Shown here: positions 53,770-64,000 of the stretch, one piece after another
Position numbering within the stretch: the first letter of the stretch is position 1
How the letters are laid out: each line of letters opens with the position of its first letter
The notes under the pieces: generated by a model
What the model saw: only the letters and a program-made list of their open reading frames with translations
What the model was told of the DNA's origin: nothing
Databases searched by the model: none
Translations under genes and position numbers: made by a program
Assembly (NCBI GenBank): GCA_951406725.2
Contig: OX597822.1
Coordinates: 35,402,001 to 35,466,000, forward strand
Direction: 5' to 3'
DNA length: 64,000 nt
DNA from: Octopus vulgaris
Taxonomy: Eukaryota

Positions 53770-54474
53770 TCTAAATGAAAGAAGAAAAAAAATATGCTTA
53801 AGTATTTCAATAGTCAGCGATCACTCAGAATAAAGGCGACATTAGCGATATTTGTAAGAAAATTTTATGCTTTGTAAGATATTTTTTGTTAGACATTTTT
53901 GATTATTTTCATATATATATATTTGTAATTTCACCGATTTTATATATCGGAGGCATTGACATATAAACAAAGAAGATATTTTTAAACATCTCTCTGGATG
54001 TGATTTTATGATTTCTTGTCTGCTATGATATTTTGGTATCGTCGTCGGGCTATTTTCCTTCTTTTTTTGTTTCTTTTATGTTTCCAATACTACCACATCC
54101 AAATAGCACAACCACAAATTTGATCGTATGAAACGGATACTATTGATTCCATAATTAGAAATAATTGTCCTTTTCTTAATAATGGTTTCTCATAAATACA
54201 TTTCTGTATCACGCTTTCTGCTTTCATCAAATTGCCCACGCAAAAAAAACTATCTTTTAAACTATTCTCACAAATTCTGTATGGCTGCTTTTTTTTTTAA
54301 ATTCTAGCTTCCAACTTATACGAAGTGTTTTGTATCTTTCTTTGTTTTATTGTCATTGTCTTTATTTTGACGTTATTTTGTTTCTTTGCTGCTTAATTCT
54401 GTTCCATACAAAACGAAGTGGTAAATATCTGTCTAATTTGATTCAATAATTTTCATTATTTTCTACTGATTAAG

Positions 54475-55045
54475 GAGGGAGATGGCAGAAACGTCTGTCA
54501 TTACGTTCTGAGTTCAAATTCCACCGAGGTCGACTTTACCTTTTATCCTTTTTGTGTCGATTAAATAAGTACCAGTTACGCACTGGGGTCGATGTAATCG
54601 ACTTAGTCCGTTTGTCTGTCCTTCTTTGTCCCCTCTATGTTTAGCCCCTTGTGGGTAATAAAGAAATAGGTATTTTGACTGCCGTTACGTTCTGAGTTCA
54701 AATTCCGCCGAGGTCGACTTTGCCTTTCATCCTTTCGGGGTCGATAAATTAAGTACCAGTTGTGTACTGGGGTCTATCAAATCGACTAGCGCCCTCCCCC
54801 AAGATTTCGAGACTTGTGCCTAGAGTGGAAAAGATTACTTGCTGGCAGAATCGTTAGCACGCTGAGAAAATTGCTTAGTGGCATTTCATCTATCACGATC
54901 TGCGTTCAAATTCCGACAAGGTCGACTTCGCTTTTCAACCCTTTCGTGGTCGATAATATAAATACTAATTGAGCATTGGGGTCCATATAATTGACTAACT
55001 TCCGCTCCCAAAATTTCAGGCCTTGTGCCTATAACAGATAGGATT
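54475..55045 (+). mobile_element. SINE family B trimer
   Basis: Three Meta-like domains; tail-aaagaaatag|gtattt junction at about 54669. Confidence 0.85.
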
Positions 55046-55169
55046 ATTTTCTACTTATTCCTGTCTCTCACACCAACGCTATCTGAAATAGGTGCAAGGT
55101 GATACATTTGAAGGTTCGTATCGTTTTAAGAGATTGAATTAACCCTAGTATATGGCAACAATATATGAT

Positions 55170-55560
55170 CTCAACTTTCGATGGATGAAGAGCAAAGCAT
55201 ACGCTACTAACAGTAGAACGCCGGTTTTAATAGTACTATATTTCATATACGATTATGAAAACTATGTGGAAGCCCGTTGTGTGTGTGTGATGATTTTGAA
55301 TTTGAGCATACACCTGGTAGTATGCCGTTTAAAGCCTGTTCACTGTTTTCGGCTACCTGATGTCATCAATAGTATTGATGACATCAATAAATCCCGTTGG
55401 ATTTACTTCAGAAATTCCTTCGTTTCTGTTGAGTTTGTAACATACGAGAGAAAGAGAAATATAATGGGATTCATGAGTTTCATTATTAACCACAACGATC
55501 TCTTCGACACATTTTGCATCGGTCCCCATGAGGAACCAATGCCAATGCAAGATGGGACGA
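55170..55560 (-). pseudogene. Possible very decayed Penelope-like RT fragment
   Basis: GIGSSWGP, FLSYVTNS and GFIDVI fragments in the order of G.MGSPLGP, F..YLNS and PFLDV. Confidence 0.3.
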
Positions 55561-55606
55561 AGTATGTATGTATGTATGTATGTATGTATGTATGTATGTA
55601 TGTATG

Positions 55607-55637
<31 letters not shown>

Positions 55638-55809
55638 TTCAGTTTTAATTTAAGATTTGTTGCCAATTGAGAAGGAACCGATTTCTAACCTAGATTCAAG
55701 GTTCTTTCATTGAAATTTTAACATCAGTTTTCTGCATGTTTGCGTGTCTGTCTATAGTGTTTGGAGTCAGTGAATGTGCAGATTTGTATGTTCTATTTCA
55801 TGTCTGTAT

Positions 55810-56240
55810 CCTCATGCATACAGTTGCATGTCTAGACATGTACATATATTCTTCAATACTAAAATTCTGGAACGTTTTACAGTTTTAAGGTGGCTTCTAA
55901 TTAACTTTCTACTTTCTCGTTTTGAGAAAACTAAATTCTCAAGATTGGTGCTCGGGCATTTTGTTACATATTCCAGTGCCCCAATAATTACAGGTATAAA
56001 CCTGAACTTGTAATCCATAGTTCAGAGTAGGTGTATTCTTTCTCACTTATCTTTACTTTTATGTTGAAATCCGCTGGGCAGCTGATTTCCACTGTGGTAC
56101 AGAGTTTCTCTTCTCTGTCCCAAATCACTATGTCTGGTACATTAACCTTACATTTTATTGACGTTTTCCCTGGGACATTCCGTCAGTACTCTATCATAGT
56201 ATGAGTGGTTATGGCCTCTATCATAGTATGAGTGACTATG
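55810..56240 (-). pseudogene. RLE-type (R2/R4/CRE-like) non-LTR retrotransposon endonuclease fragment
   Basis: PDIVIWDREEKLCTTVEISCPAD ... FIPVIIGALEYV, a PD-(D/E)xK-like motif. Confidence 0.75.
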
Positions 56241-57371
56241 GCCACTCATCTCTATGACCTGAGGATTATCCTTAAGACCGATCTCATTATATAATGTCTT
56301 ATGTATGTATGTATGTATGTATGTATGTATGTATGTATATATGTATGTGTGTGTGTGTGTTTGTGCTTGTGCTTGTTTTTGTGCCCTTCAACAACTTGAC
56401 AACTGGCGCTGGTTTGTTTATGTCCCCATAGCTTCGTGTTTTGGGAAAAGAGACTAATAGTAGAAGTACCAGTCTTTAAAATGTATGTACTGGGGTCGAT
56501 TCTTTCGACTAAACGCTTCAAGGCATTGCTCCTACATGGCCGCTGTCCAAAGACTGAAACAAGTGAAAAGAAAGATAAAGTAAAAGGAATTATGTTCCAT
56601 GTTCACCCCTTCCATTTTATAATTTTCCTCCATCATTTCATATTCTATGATGCTCTGTTTAGCGCTCTATCAAACGTTCTTCAGGCGTTTTAACCCAAAA
56701 GACATATTTCAAGAACCAATAGCGGTCCACTGAATTCACCAATGCTTTGACTGATACTGTATTTGAGCACTTTGCAGAAATAAACGACACGTTTTGTCCG
56801 ACGCTTTACCGACTATTTCATGTAATTCTCTTTGTATTCTGTAACAAAATTAATTTTGTTATATAACTAATAACTCTTGCTGAAAATTAATATAAGTTTT
56901 GATATAGAACTTTGTAATGATCAAGATTTCTTAATATCATATGTGGCAATAATATATATATAATAACGCAACACGTAATATCGATAAAAATATCATTTAT
57001 ATTTACGAATGTAAATATGAAATCTACGGCTTTAATAAGCATTGACTGACTAGTTAATTCCAACAGATTTATTAACATAATATGTATTCGTAATTTTATG
57101 TAAATACGAAATTTTCACTTATTGGGCTTTATATGAATAAATCAAAAATTCAAATGTCGAAGAAGATATAAAACTGCACGCAAATATTTCATTAATTCTT
57201 ATTAATTACTGTACATATATATAAATATGTAAATGACACTGAATTATTACGAAATTGAGTTAGAGGCATAGAAAGCATATCTTTTTGAATTCATTGTTGA
57301 TAAACACACACACACATAGACAGAGTCACAAACCCACATACACATCATAGCTGGTATATGTGTGTCTAAGT

Positions 57372-57433
<62 letters not shown>

Positions 57434-57813
57434 CAAAGCTTCATTAAGTACACGACTATGTTCAAGGTGTATCTTTTTTTATTTGAGGCTTTTCATATAC
57501 TCTTATTAGTTTTTCCCACTTCGTCTGGAAACGTAGGAACCCTTAATCCATACTCAACGTCTTTCGACCTCCACCATCTCATTTTCAAGAATTTAAATTA
57601 TTGTATTCGACATTCTTGTTGTTTCTTAAATACTAATTGAATTCGTGTAGACCTTCCCACCAACGCTTGTTTTTTTTTTTTTGCAGCTCACATCATGCAT
57701 CAGCAGTCACATGTTTTGTTTGTTTGTCACGGTCAAATCTTTTTTGTTAGGTTTTGTAATTTTTATGTCAGTAGCTATGTGTTTATATTATATATTTATA
57801 CTTATATTATACA

Positions 57814-58710
57814 CAGGAGTGGCTGTGTGGTAAGTAGCTTGCTAACCAACCACATGGTTCCGGGTTCAGTCCCACTGCGTGGCATCTTGGGCAAGTGTCT
57901 TCTGCTATAGCCCCGGGCCGACCAATGCCTTGTGAGTGGATTTGGTAGACGGAAACTGAAAGAAACCTGTCTTATATATGTATATATGTATGTGTGTGTG
58001 TGTTTGTGTGTCTGTGTTTGTCCCCCTAGCATTGCCTGACAACCGATGCTGGTGTGTTTACGTCACCGTCACTTAGCGGTTCGGCAAAAGAGACCGATAG
58101 AATAAGTACTGGGCTTACAAAGAATAAGTCCCGGGGTCGATTTGCTCGACTAAAGGCGGTGCTCCAGCATGGCCGCAGTCAAATGACTGAAACAAGTAAA
58201 AGAGTAAAGAGTAAGAGTATACCTTTCCATAAATTATCTTTACAACTTGCAAAATAATATTGTGAAAGTGGGCACAAATAGTAATATCATAGGTGCAGGA
58301 GTGGCTGTGTGGTAAGTAGCTTGCTTACCAACCACATGATACAGGATTCAGTCCCACTGCGTGGCACCTTGGGCAAGTGTCTTCTACTATAGCCTCGGGC
58401 CGACCAAAGCTTTGTGAGTGGATTTGGTAGACGGAAACTGAAAGAAGCCCGTCGTATATGTGTATATGTATATATATATGTGTGTGTGTATATATGTTTG
58501 TGTGTTTGTGTTTGTTCCCCCCAGCATCGCTTGACAACCGATGCTGGAGTGTTTAGATCCCCATAAATTAGCGGTTCGGCAAAAGAGACAGGTAGAATAA
58601 GTACTAGGCTTACAACGAATAAGTCCTGGGGTCGATTTGATTCGACTAAAGGCGTTGCTCCAGTTTGGCCGCAGTCAAATGACTGAAACAAGTAAAAGAA
58701 TAAAAGAATA
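57814..58710 (+). mobile_element. Two tandem full-length SINE-A copies (57814-58215, 58291-58710)
   Basis: Consensus matches. Confidence 0.92.
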
Positions 58711-58961
58711 AAATGGATAATTATAAACACGCTGTATATACACAGACGCACAAGCACGCACACACTCACACACATACACATACACACACACATATTATAT
58801 ATGTGTGTGCGTGTGTGTGTATATATATATATATATAAGGTGCTTGCCATAAGTGTTTAATATTGTATAAGAACGAGCTTCTCTGTCCGCACAAAATCAA
58901 AGTATGATATATGTAAACAGATGTGTTGTAAGAAGCTTGCTTCCCAACCACATGATTCGGC

Positions 58962-59448
58962 GGTTACTTTTGGGTTATCTCACCCCCATTAAAAAATTGC
59001 CATTAAAAAATTGCGTTATCTCCGCACTAAAACGTCGAGATTGAATTAAAAGGGGTCGATCGTTTTAATTCAATACTTCAACACATTGTTGACGTTTGGC
59101 CTCCCCATGAGGCATGGCATGATTTGTTATAAAAATATTATTAGATTCAATAAGATGTTTAATTGTTTCAGGTTTCATGTTTATTAACTTATTTTGCTTT
59201 GTAAGATTTGATATAAAAACATTATCAGATTCGATAAGCTGTTTAATCTTTTCGCTTTCATGTTTATTAATTTTTTTCAGTTTTGTATGATTTGTTATAA
59301 AAATATCAGATTCAATAAGATGTTTTATCTCTTCACCTTTCATGTTTATTAATTTATCAGTTTTTTTTTTTTGTTTTATTGAGGGTTAAACAATTTTATT
59401 TTAGGGTGGGGAGATAACCCAATATTTTAATGGGGGCAAGATAGTACC
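58962..59448. mobile_element. Unclassified TIR element with internal ~84-bp tandem repeats, inserted in a SINE-A head
   Basis: Imperfect TIRs (ggttac..tatctcacccccattaaaa / ttttaatgggggcaagatagtacc) and flanking (a/g)ttcggc duplication. Confidence 0.6.
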
Positions 59449-59993
59449 GTTCGGCGTTCAGTCCCACTGCGTGGCGCCTTGGCCAAGTGTCTTCTATTGG
59501 CTCGGGCTGAACAATGCCTTGTGACAAAGTCCGTCGTATATATGTGTGGATTTGGTGGACAAAGTCCGTCGTATATATGTGTGGATTTGGTGGACAAAGT
59601 CCGTCGTATATACGTGGGGTGGGGGCTGTGTGTGTGTATACGGCAAAACCACAATTTCAACTGCTGTTCAAACTGGAATTCTGGTATCGCACGTATGTGA
59701 GCACCCAGAACGCTTACTTATAAATTTGGGTCTTCCTGACGAAATCTTTTCATATCCTTTACACATATGTGTATGTTTGTGCGTGTATGTGCGTGCGCGC
59801 ATTTTTATATGTGCGTGTCTGTGTTTATTCTTCACCACTGCTTTACAACCGGTGTTGGTGTATTTATGTCTCCCGTAACCTAGCGGTTCGGCAAAAGAGA
59901 CTCATAGAATAATTACAAGGCATAAAAAATCAAGTCCTGGGGTCGATTTGTTCGACTAACACGAGATATAAGCAGCCAATATGTTTATAATAA

Positions 59994-60165
59994 GCGCAGG
60001 AGTGGTTGTGTGGTAAATAGCTTGCATACCAACCACATGGTTCCGATTTCAATCCCACTGCGTGGCACCTTGGGCAGATGTCTTCTACTGTAGCCTAGGG
60101 CCGACCAAAGCTTTGTGAGTGGATTTGGTAGACGGAAACTGAAAGAAGCCCGTCGTATATATGTG

Positions 60166-60211
<46 letters not shown>

Positions 60212-60312
60212 TGTGTTTGTGTGTGTCTGTGTTTGTCCCTCAACATCGCTTGACAACCGATGTTAGTTTGTTTACGTCCCCGTGACTTAGCGGTTCGGCA
60301 AAAGAGATCGAT
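59994..60312 (+). mobile_element. SINE family A, 3' truncated
   Basis: Consensus match. Confidence 0.88.
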
Positions 60313-60830
60313 AGTGGTAGGGGTTATTGTTGTTATCGTTTTCTAATTCCGGTTGAGTCCTCAAGGAGCATTCCCACCTTTTTTTTTTATTGTTTCAGGA
60401 ATTCTATATCAATGATTATTTAATTAATATTTTCATGTTTGTTTACGAAGTTTGTTTGTGTAATTCCAAAGAGATTCGGCTGCTATTTCTCGCAGTGTGA
60501 ACAATGCATAGTTATTATTAATTTGGCTCGTGATGTTACCAATGTTCAGCACCGAATCGGCCAATGGGGTGCGTCTATATATAAGCCATACATAACTAAT
60601 TATGATGTATACAGGATGTGACGTTATTTCCATGAATAAGAAAACTTCTCTGTAAAAATAGGTCACGACAGGAGTGTAGAGATTTCGTAGATTCTGGAAT
60701 ATGAAATCTTGGCTCATACCCTGGTATGAGTCAAAAAAGGCTTAAGAAAGACGCTTAGTTATAATGGTTAAAAATCTTAATTATGCGCTCATATGAAATG
60801 CACGAGATTATATTTACATTAACAGTGTGA

Positions 60831-60876
<46 letters not shown>

Positions 60877-61132
60877 ATATGCTGATATATGTGTGCTTGT
60901 GTGCGTGTGTGTGTGAGAGAGACAGAGCGCATTGTCGATTGCTTGAAGTATTGTAATATCGAAGAAGGGAAAAAGAAAAAATAAGAAATGCAGAAAGTTT
61001 CACAAAACTTTTATATGTCAGGCGGAAAGGCCCATACTCAGAAGAAAATAGTCTGGGAAATGTCTAGTTACGCAGGTTCCGTAAACCTGTTCAAATTCCG
61101 TGGTGGTGGTGGTGGTGGTTGTGGTGGCTACA

Positions 61133-61430
61133 GCTCAACTCCGATCGGCTGTTAATTTTCAGATAGAGGTGGTGGATCGATAGAATTTCTTTTATATGTA
61201 GATTATCAGTGTCCCTCTCTGAAGCCAGTATGGAGGCGTTTATTTCCTTGGTGGTGCTGTCGCATCTGGTCATGTGTTTGCGATACTCCTTAATTCAGAC
61301 GTGGGTTGGTCGTGCTGTGCTACCGATGTAGTAGTTGGTGCATTTGAACCACAGAAATAGTGCATTTGAATCATACTATGCACTACGTAGGCACATGTTA
61401 GTGTCGCGAACGAGGCAGTTCGTTAGTGTA
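61133..61430 (-). pseudogene. Penelope-like GIY-YIG endonuclease remnant
   Basis: FKCTNYYIGSTARPTHV*IKEYRKHMTRC...ILASERDTDNLHIKEILSIHHLYLKINSRSEL. Confidence 0.75.
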
Positions 61431-62009
61431 CAAGGCTGTCGTACTGCACGTGACCACCTTTTTGATAGGTGTTAACATAGGAATGGGTCTGAATTGGCCA
61501 ATAGAATGTCGAGTCCTTTCCAGCGGATAGCCCTGTAAATAGAGGAGATGGTCTTCTCATTGACTTCCATGTTTTGAGTTGAGTATCTTTATCAGGCTGT
61601 TTCATTTTCCAACCTTTACACACACAAACACACAAACACACACACAGAGTTCAATATAAGGAGTTATTTTGGAAAATGATGGAAATAAGTATAAAGGGAA
61701 ATAAGAGAATAAAAGTAAAAATAAAAATATATGTAGGATGTTATAGTTGCAGTTCCATTATTCAAGGAAAGTGGAGGGCAGAAGTGGTAGAAATGGTGCT
61801 TGTCCATGTATGAACATTCTGATAGTTCATATTTTGTCATTACAAATGAAAAGTGTGGAGACATAAATTCCATATTATATATATATATAAGTCGGCGTGC
61901 TAGGAGAGTCGTTAGCACGCTTGACAAAATGCTTAGCGAACGCATTGTGACCAGCGGTGTGTAACTACATCTGATGGACTGGTCGGTCACGTGATGATGA
62001 TGATGATGA

Positions 62010-62043
<34 letters not shown>

Positions 62044-62182
62044 TAAAGAGTTAGCGGTTACAATAACAGACTAAGGGATAAAATATACGTATATAACCCC
62101 GGGCATTGGTGTGTAGGCACACTATACACGTAGAATGCAGATAGCAACAGGATAAACAAGAGTTTATCGGGAACAAATGCAA

Positions 62183-62381
62183 ATAATCAGAAAATGGAGA
62201 AAACCTCATCGATTGGACTGCATTTATAGTTTTTATTAATATAAAGTATGACATAACAAAATAGGTGACGTAACGTAATACGTCATCTATTTTGTTATAT
62301 CATTCTTTGTATTATAAAATAAGCTATAAATGTGGTCCAACCAATGTGTTTGTTAATCTGAGATTTTCTCTATTTTCTGAT

Positions 62382-62384
<3 letters not shown>
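62183..62384. repeat. Imperfect fold-back (about 95-bp arms) in a (TA)n-flanked insert
   Basis: ataatcagaaaatggagaaaa...ggtgacgta / tacgtcatc...ttttctctattttctgattat. Confidence 0.8.
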
Positions 62385-62456
<72 letters not shown>

Positions 62457-62463
<7 letters not shown>

Positions 62464-62753
62464 AATGGCCCAGTGGTTAGGGCAGCGGTCATAGGATCGC
62501 GGCTTCGATTCCCAGACCGGGCATTGTGAGTGTTTATTGAGCGAAAACACCTAAAGCTCCACGAGGCTCCAGCGGGAGGTCGTGGCGATCCCTGCTGTAC
62601 TCTATTGCCACAACTTTCTCTCACTCTTTCTTCTGTTGGCCTGCTCGCTTAGCCAGCGGGGTGGCATCATTTGAAGGCTAAAGCAATGCAAAGTGCATTG
62701 TGACCAGCGATGAATAACATCTGATAGCCTGGTCGGTCACGGTGATATATATA

Positions 62754-62794
<41 letters not shown>

Positions 62795-63065
62795 AGGCGC
62801 AATGGCCCAGTGGTTAGGGCAGCGGACTCGCGGTCGGAGGATCGCGGCTTCGATTCCCAGACCGGGCGTTGTGTGTGTTTATTGAGCGAAAACACCTAAA
62901 AGCTCCAAGATGCTCCGGCAGGGGGGGGGGCGACCCCTGTTGTACTCTTTCGCCACAACTTCCTCTCCCTCTCTCTTCCTGTTTCTTGAGTAACGCTGGA
63001 GGGAACACAAACGCCACAGAAACCGGGAAACCGGGCCCATGAGACTGGCTAGGCTTGAAAAGTGG
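62457..63065 (+). mobile_element. Two family E tRNA-SINEs with different 3' parts
   Basis: Shared head caatggcccagtggttagggcagcgg...ttcgattccc; the tails diverge after ctctttc/ctcttcc. Confidence 0.85.
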
Positions 63066-63069
63066 GACG

Positions 63070-63116
<47 letters not shown>

Positions 63117-63122
<6 letters not shown>

Positions 63123-63470
63123 TAGGGAATAAATCCAAAAATACAGGGGAAAATCAGATTTAGGATTAAATCCAATTTTATAGTATAAATATATTATATT
63201 ATATTATATTAAATTAGAGATAAAACCACTATTAGGCAAATCAAACAATGAAAAACATAAGCCAATACATAAAATTAATTTAATTTATATTATTTTAAAT
63301 ATATATCAAAGGTATTAAAAGTTTAATAAAAGATAAAGAGTAAAAACTACGATCGTTTCATTACTAAACCACGCTAAGATAAGTATTTATATATATTTAA
63401 GATCTTCAAATATTGTATAAGTCTTTGGTGTAATAATATTTTCCTTATGTAAATATCGTTGTTTATGTAA
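63117..63470. mobile_element. Second copy of the 12670-13965 element, rearranged as an inverted junction
   Basis: 63117-63360 matches 12675-12920; 63365-63470 is the reverse complement of about 13812-13928. Confidence 0.85.
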
Positions 63471-63472
63471 AG

Positions 63473-64000
63473 GGTAAAGACCCCCTTCGGTCATGAATGA
63501 CAATGGGATTGCACCTAGAAAGTTACCCTCCTAGACACAAGTCCGGGCAAGGTTGTTTATGGAAGACCAGCAGTCGCCCATGCATACCAGCCTCCCCTCT
63601 CCACGCCACCAGTGTTATCCAAGGGAAAGACAAAGGTCGATACAGCTTGGCACCAGTGACGTCGCAACTCATTTCTACAGGTGAGTGAACTGGAGCAACG
63701 TGAAATAAAGTGCTTTGCTCAAGAACACAACACGCAGCCCGGTCCGGGATTCGAGCTCACAACCTCACGATCGTAAGCTCGACGCTCTAACCACTGAGCC
63801 ATGCGCCTTCACATAAGAATTTCGCTCGGCGTGCTAACGCTTCTGCCAACTCGCCGACTTGAAGGCGCATGGCTCAGTGGTTAGAGCGTTGAACTTTCGA
63901 TCGTGAGGTTGTGAGCTCGAATCCCGGACCGGGCTGCGTGTTGTGTTCTTGAGCAAGGCACTTTATTTCACGTTGCTCCAGTTCACTCAGCCGTAGAAAT
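63473..64000. mobile_element. Head-to-head pair of family C SINEs (63473-63810 minus, 63861-64000 plus)
   Basis: Near-identical inverted arms separated by about 50 bp containing a SINE-B head fragment. Confidence 0.88.

Noticed and set aside
55358-55386. 14-bp-arm palindrome tgatgtcatcaata-g-tattgatgacatca
   Set aside because: Isolated and short, inside a probable decayed retroelement, with no supporting context
58287-58850. Recurrent peptide RLWSARGYSRRHLPKVPRSGTEP in many ORFs
   Set aside because: Antisense translation of SINE family A, not a gene family
59522-59612. 35-bp repeats as a CRISPR-like array
   Set aside because: Tandem duplication of SINE sequence with no spacers and no cas genes, in eukaryotic context
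62793-62865. tRNA-like heads here and at 50146, 63861 and 43835 as tRNA genes
   Set aside because: They continue into SINE bodies and lack a complete cloverleaf and terminator

Overview
AT-rich, microsatellite-saturated animal genomic DNA, probably a long intron or intergenic region. The tRNA-derived SINE repertoire suggests a coleoid cephalopod such as Octopus (inference). I found no intact host protein-coding gene, and nearly all listed ORFs are microsatellite or SINE artefacts. The window holds about 20 copies of a CORE-like tRNA-SINE (family A), many Meta-domain-like SINEs (family B), other tRNA-SINEs, two non-autonomous Helitrons, mariner and DD37D/maT relics, pogo-like and hAT-like MITEs, and Tx1/L1-like, RLE-type and Penelope-like (RT, GIY-YIG) retroelement relics. 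Two patterns stand out. (1) Short non-coding inserts sit inside (TA)n tracts and carry type I hammerhead ribozyme motifs and/or fold-back inverted repeats. One has a retrozyme-like ~525-nt tandem monomer, and two share a covarying stem motif about 115-120 nt downstream of the ribozyme. (2) A Tx1-like LINE has inserted twice at the same position of the SINE-A tRNA head, and its 3' tail is shared with SINE family B. Coordinates were read by eye and may be off by a few bases; family assignments rest on motif recognition, not database searches.
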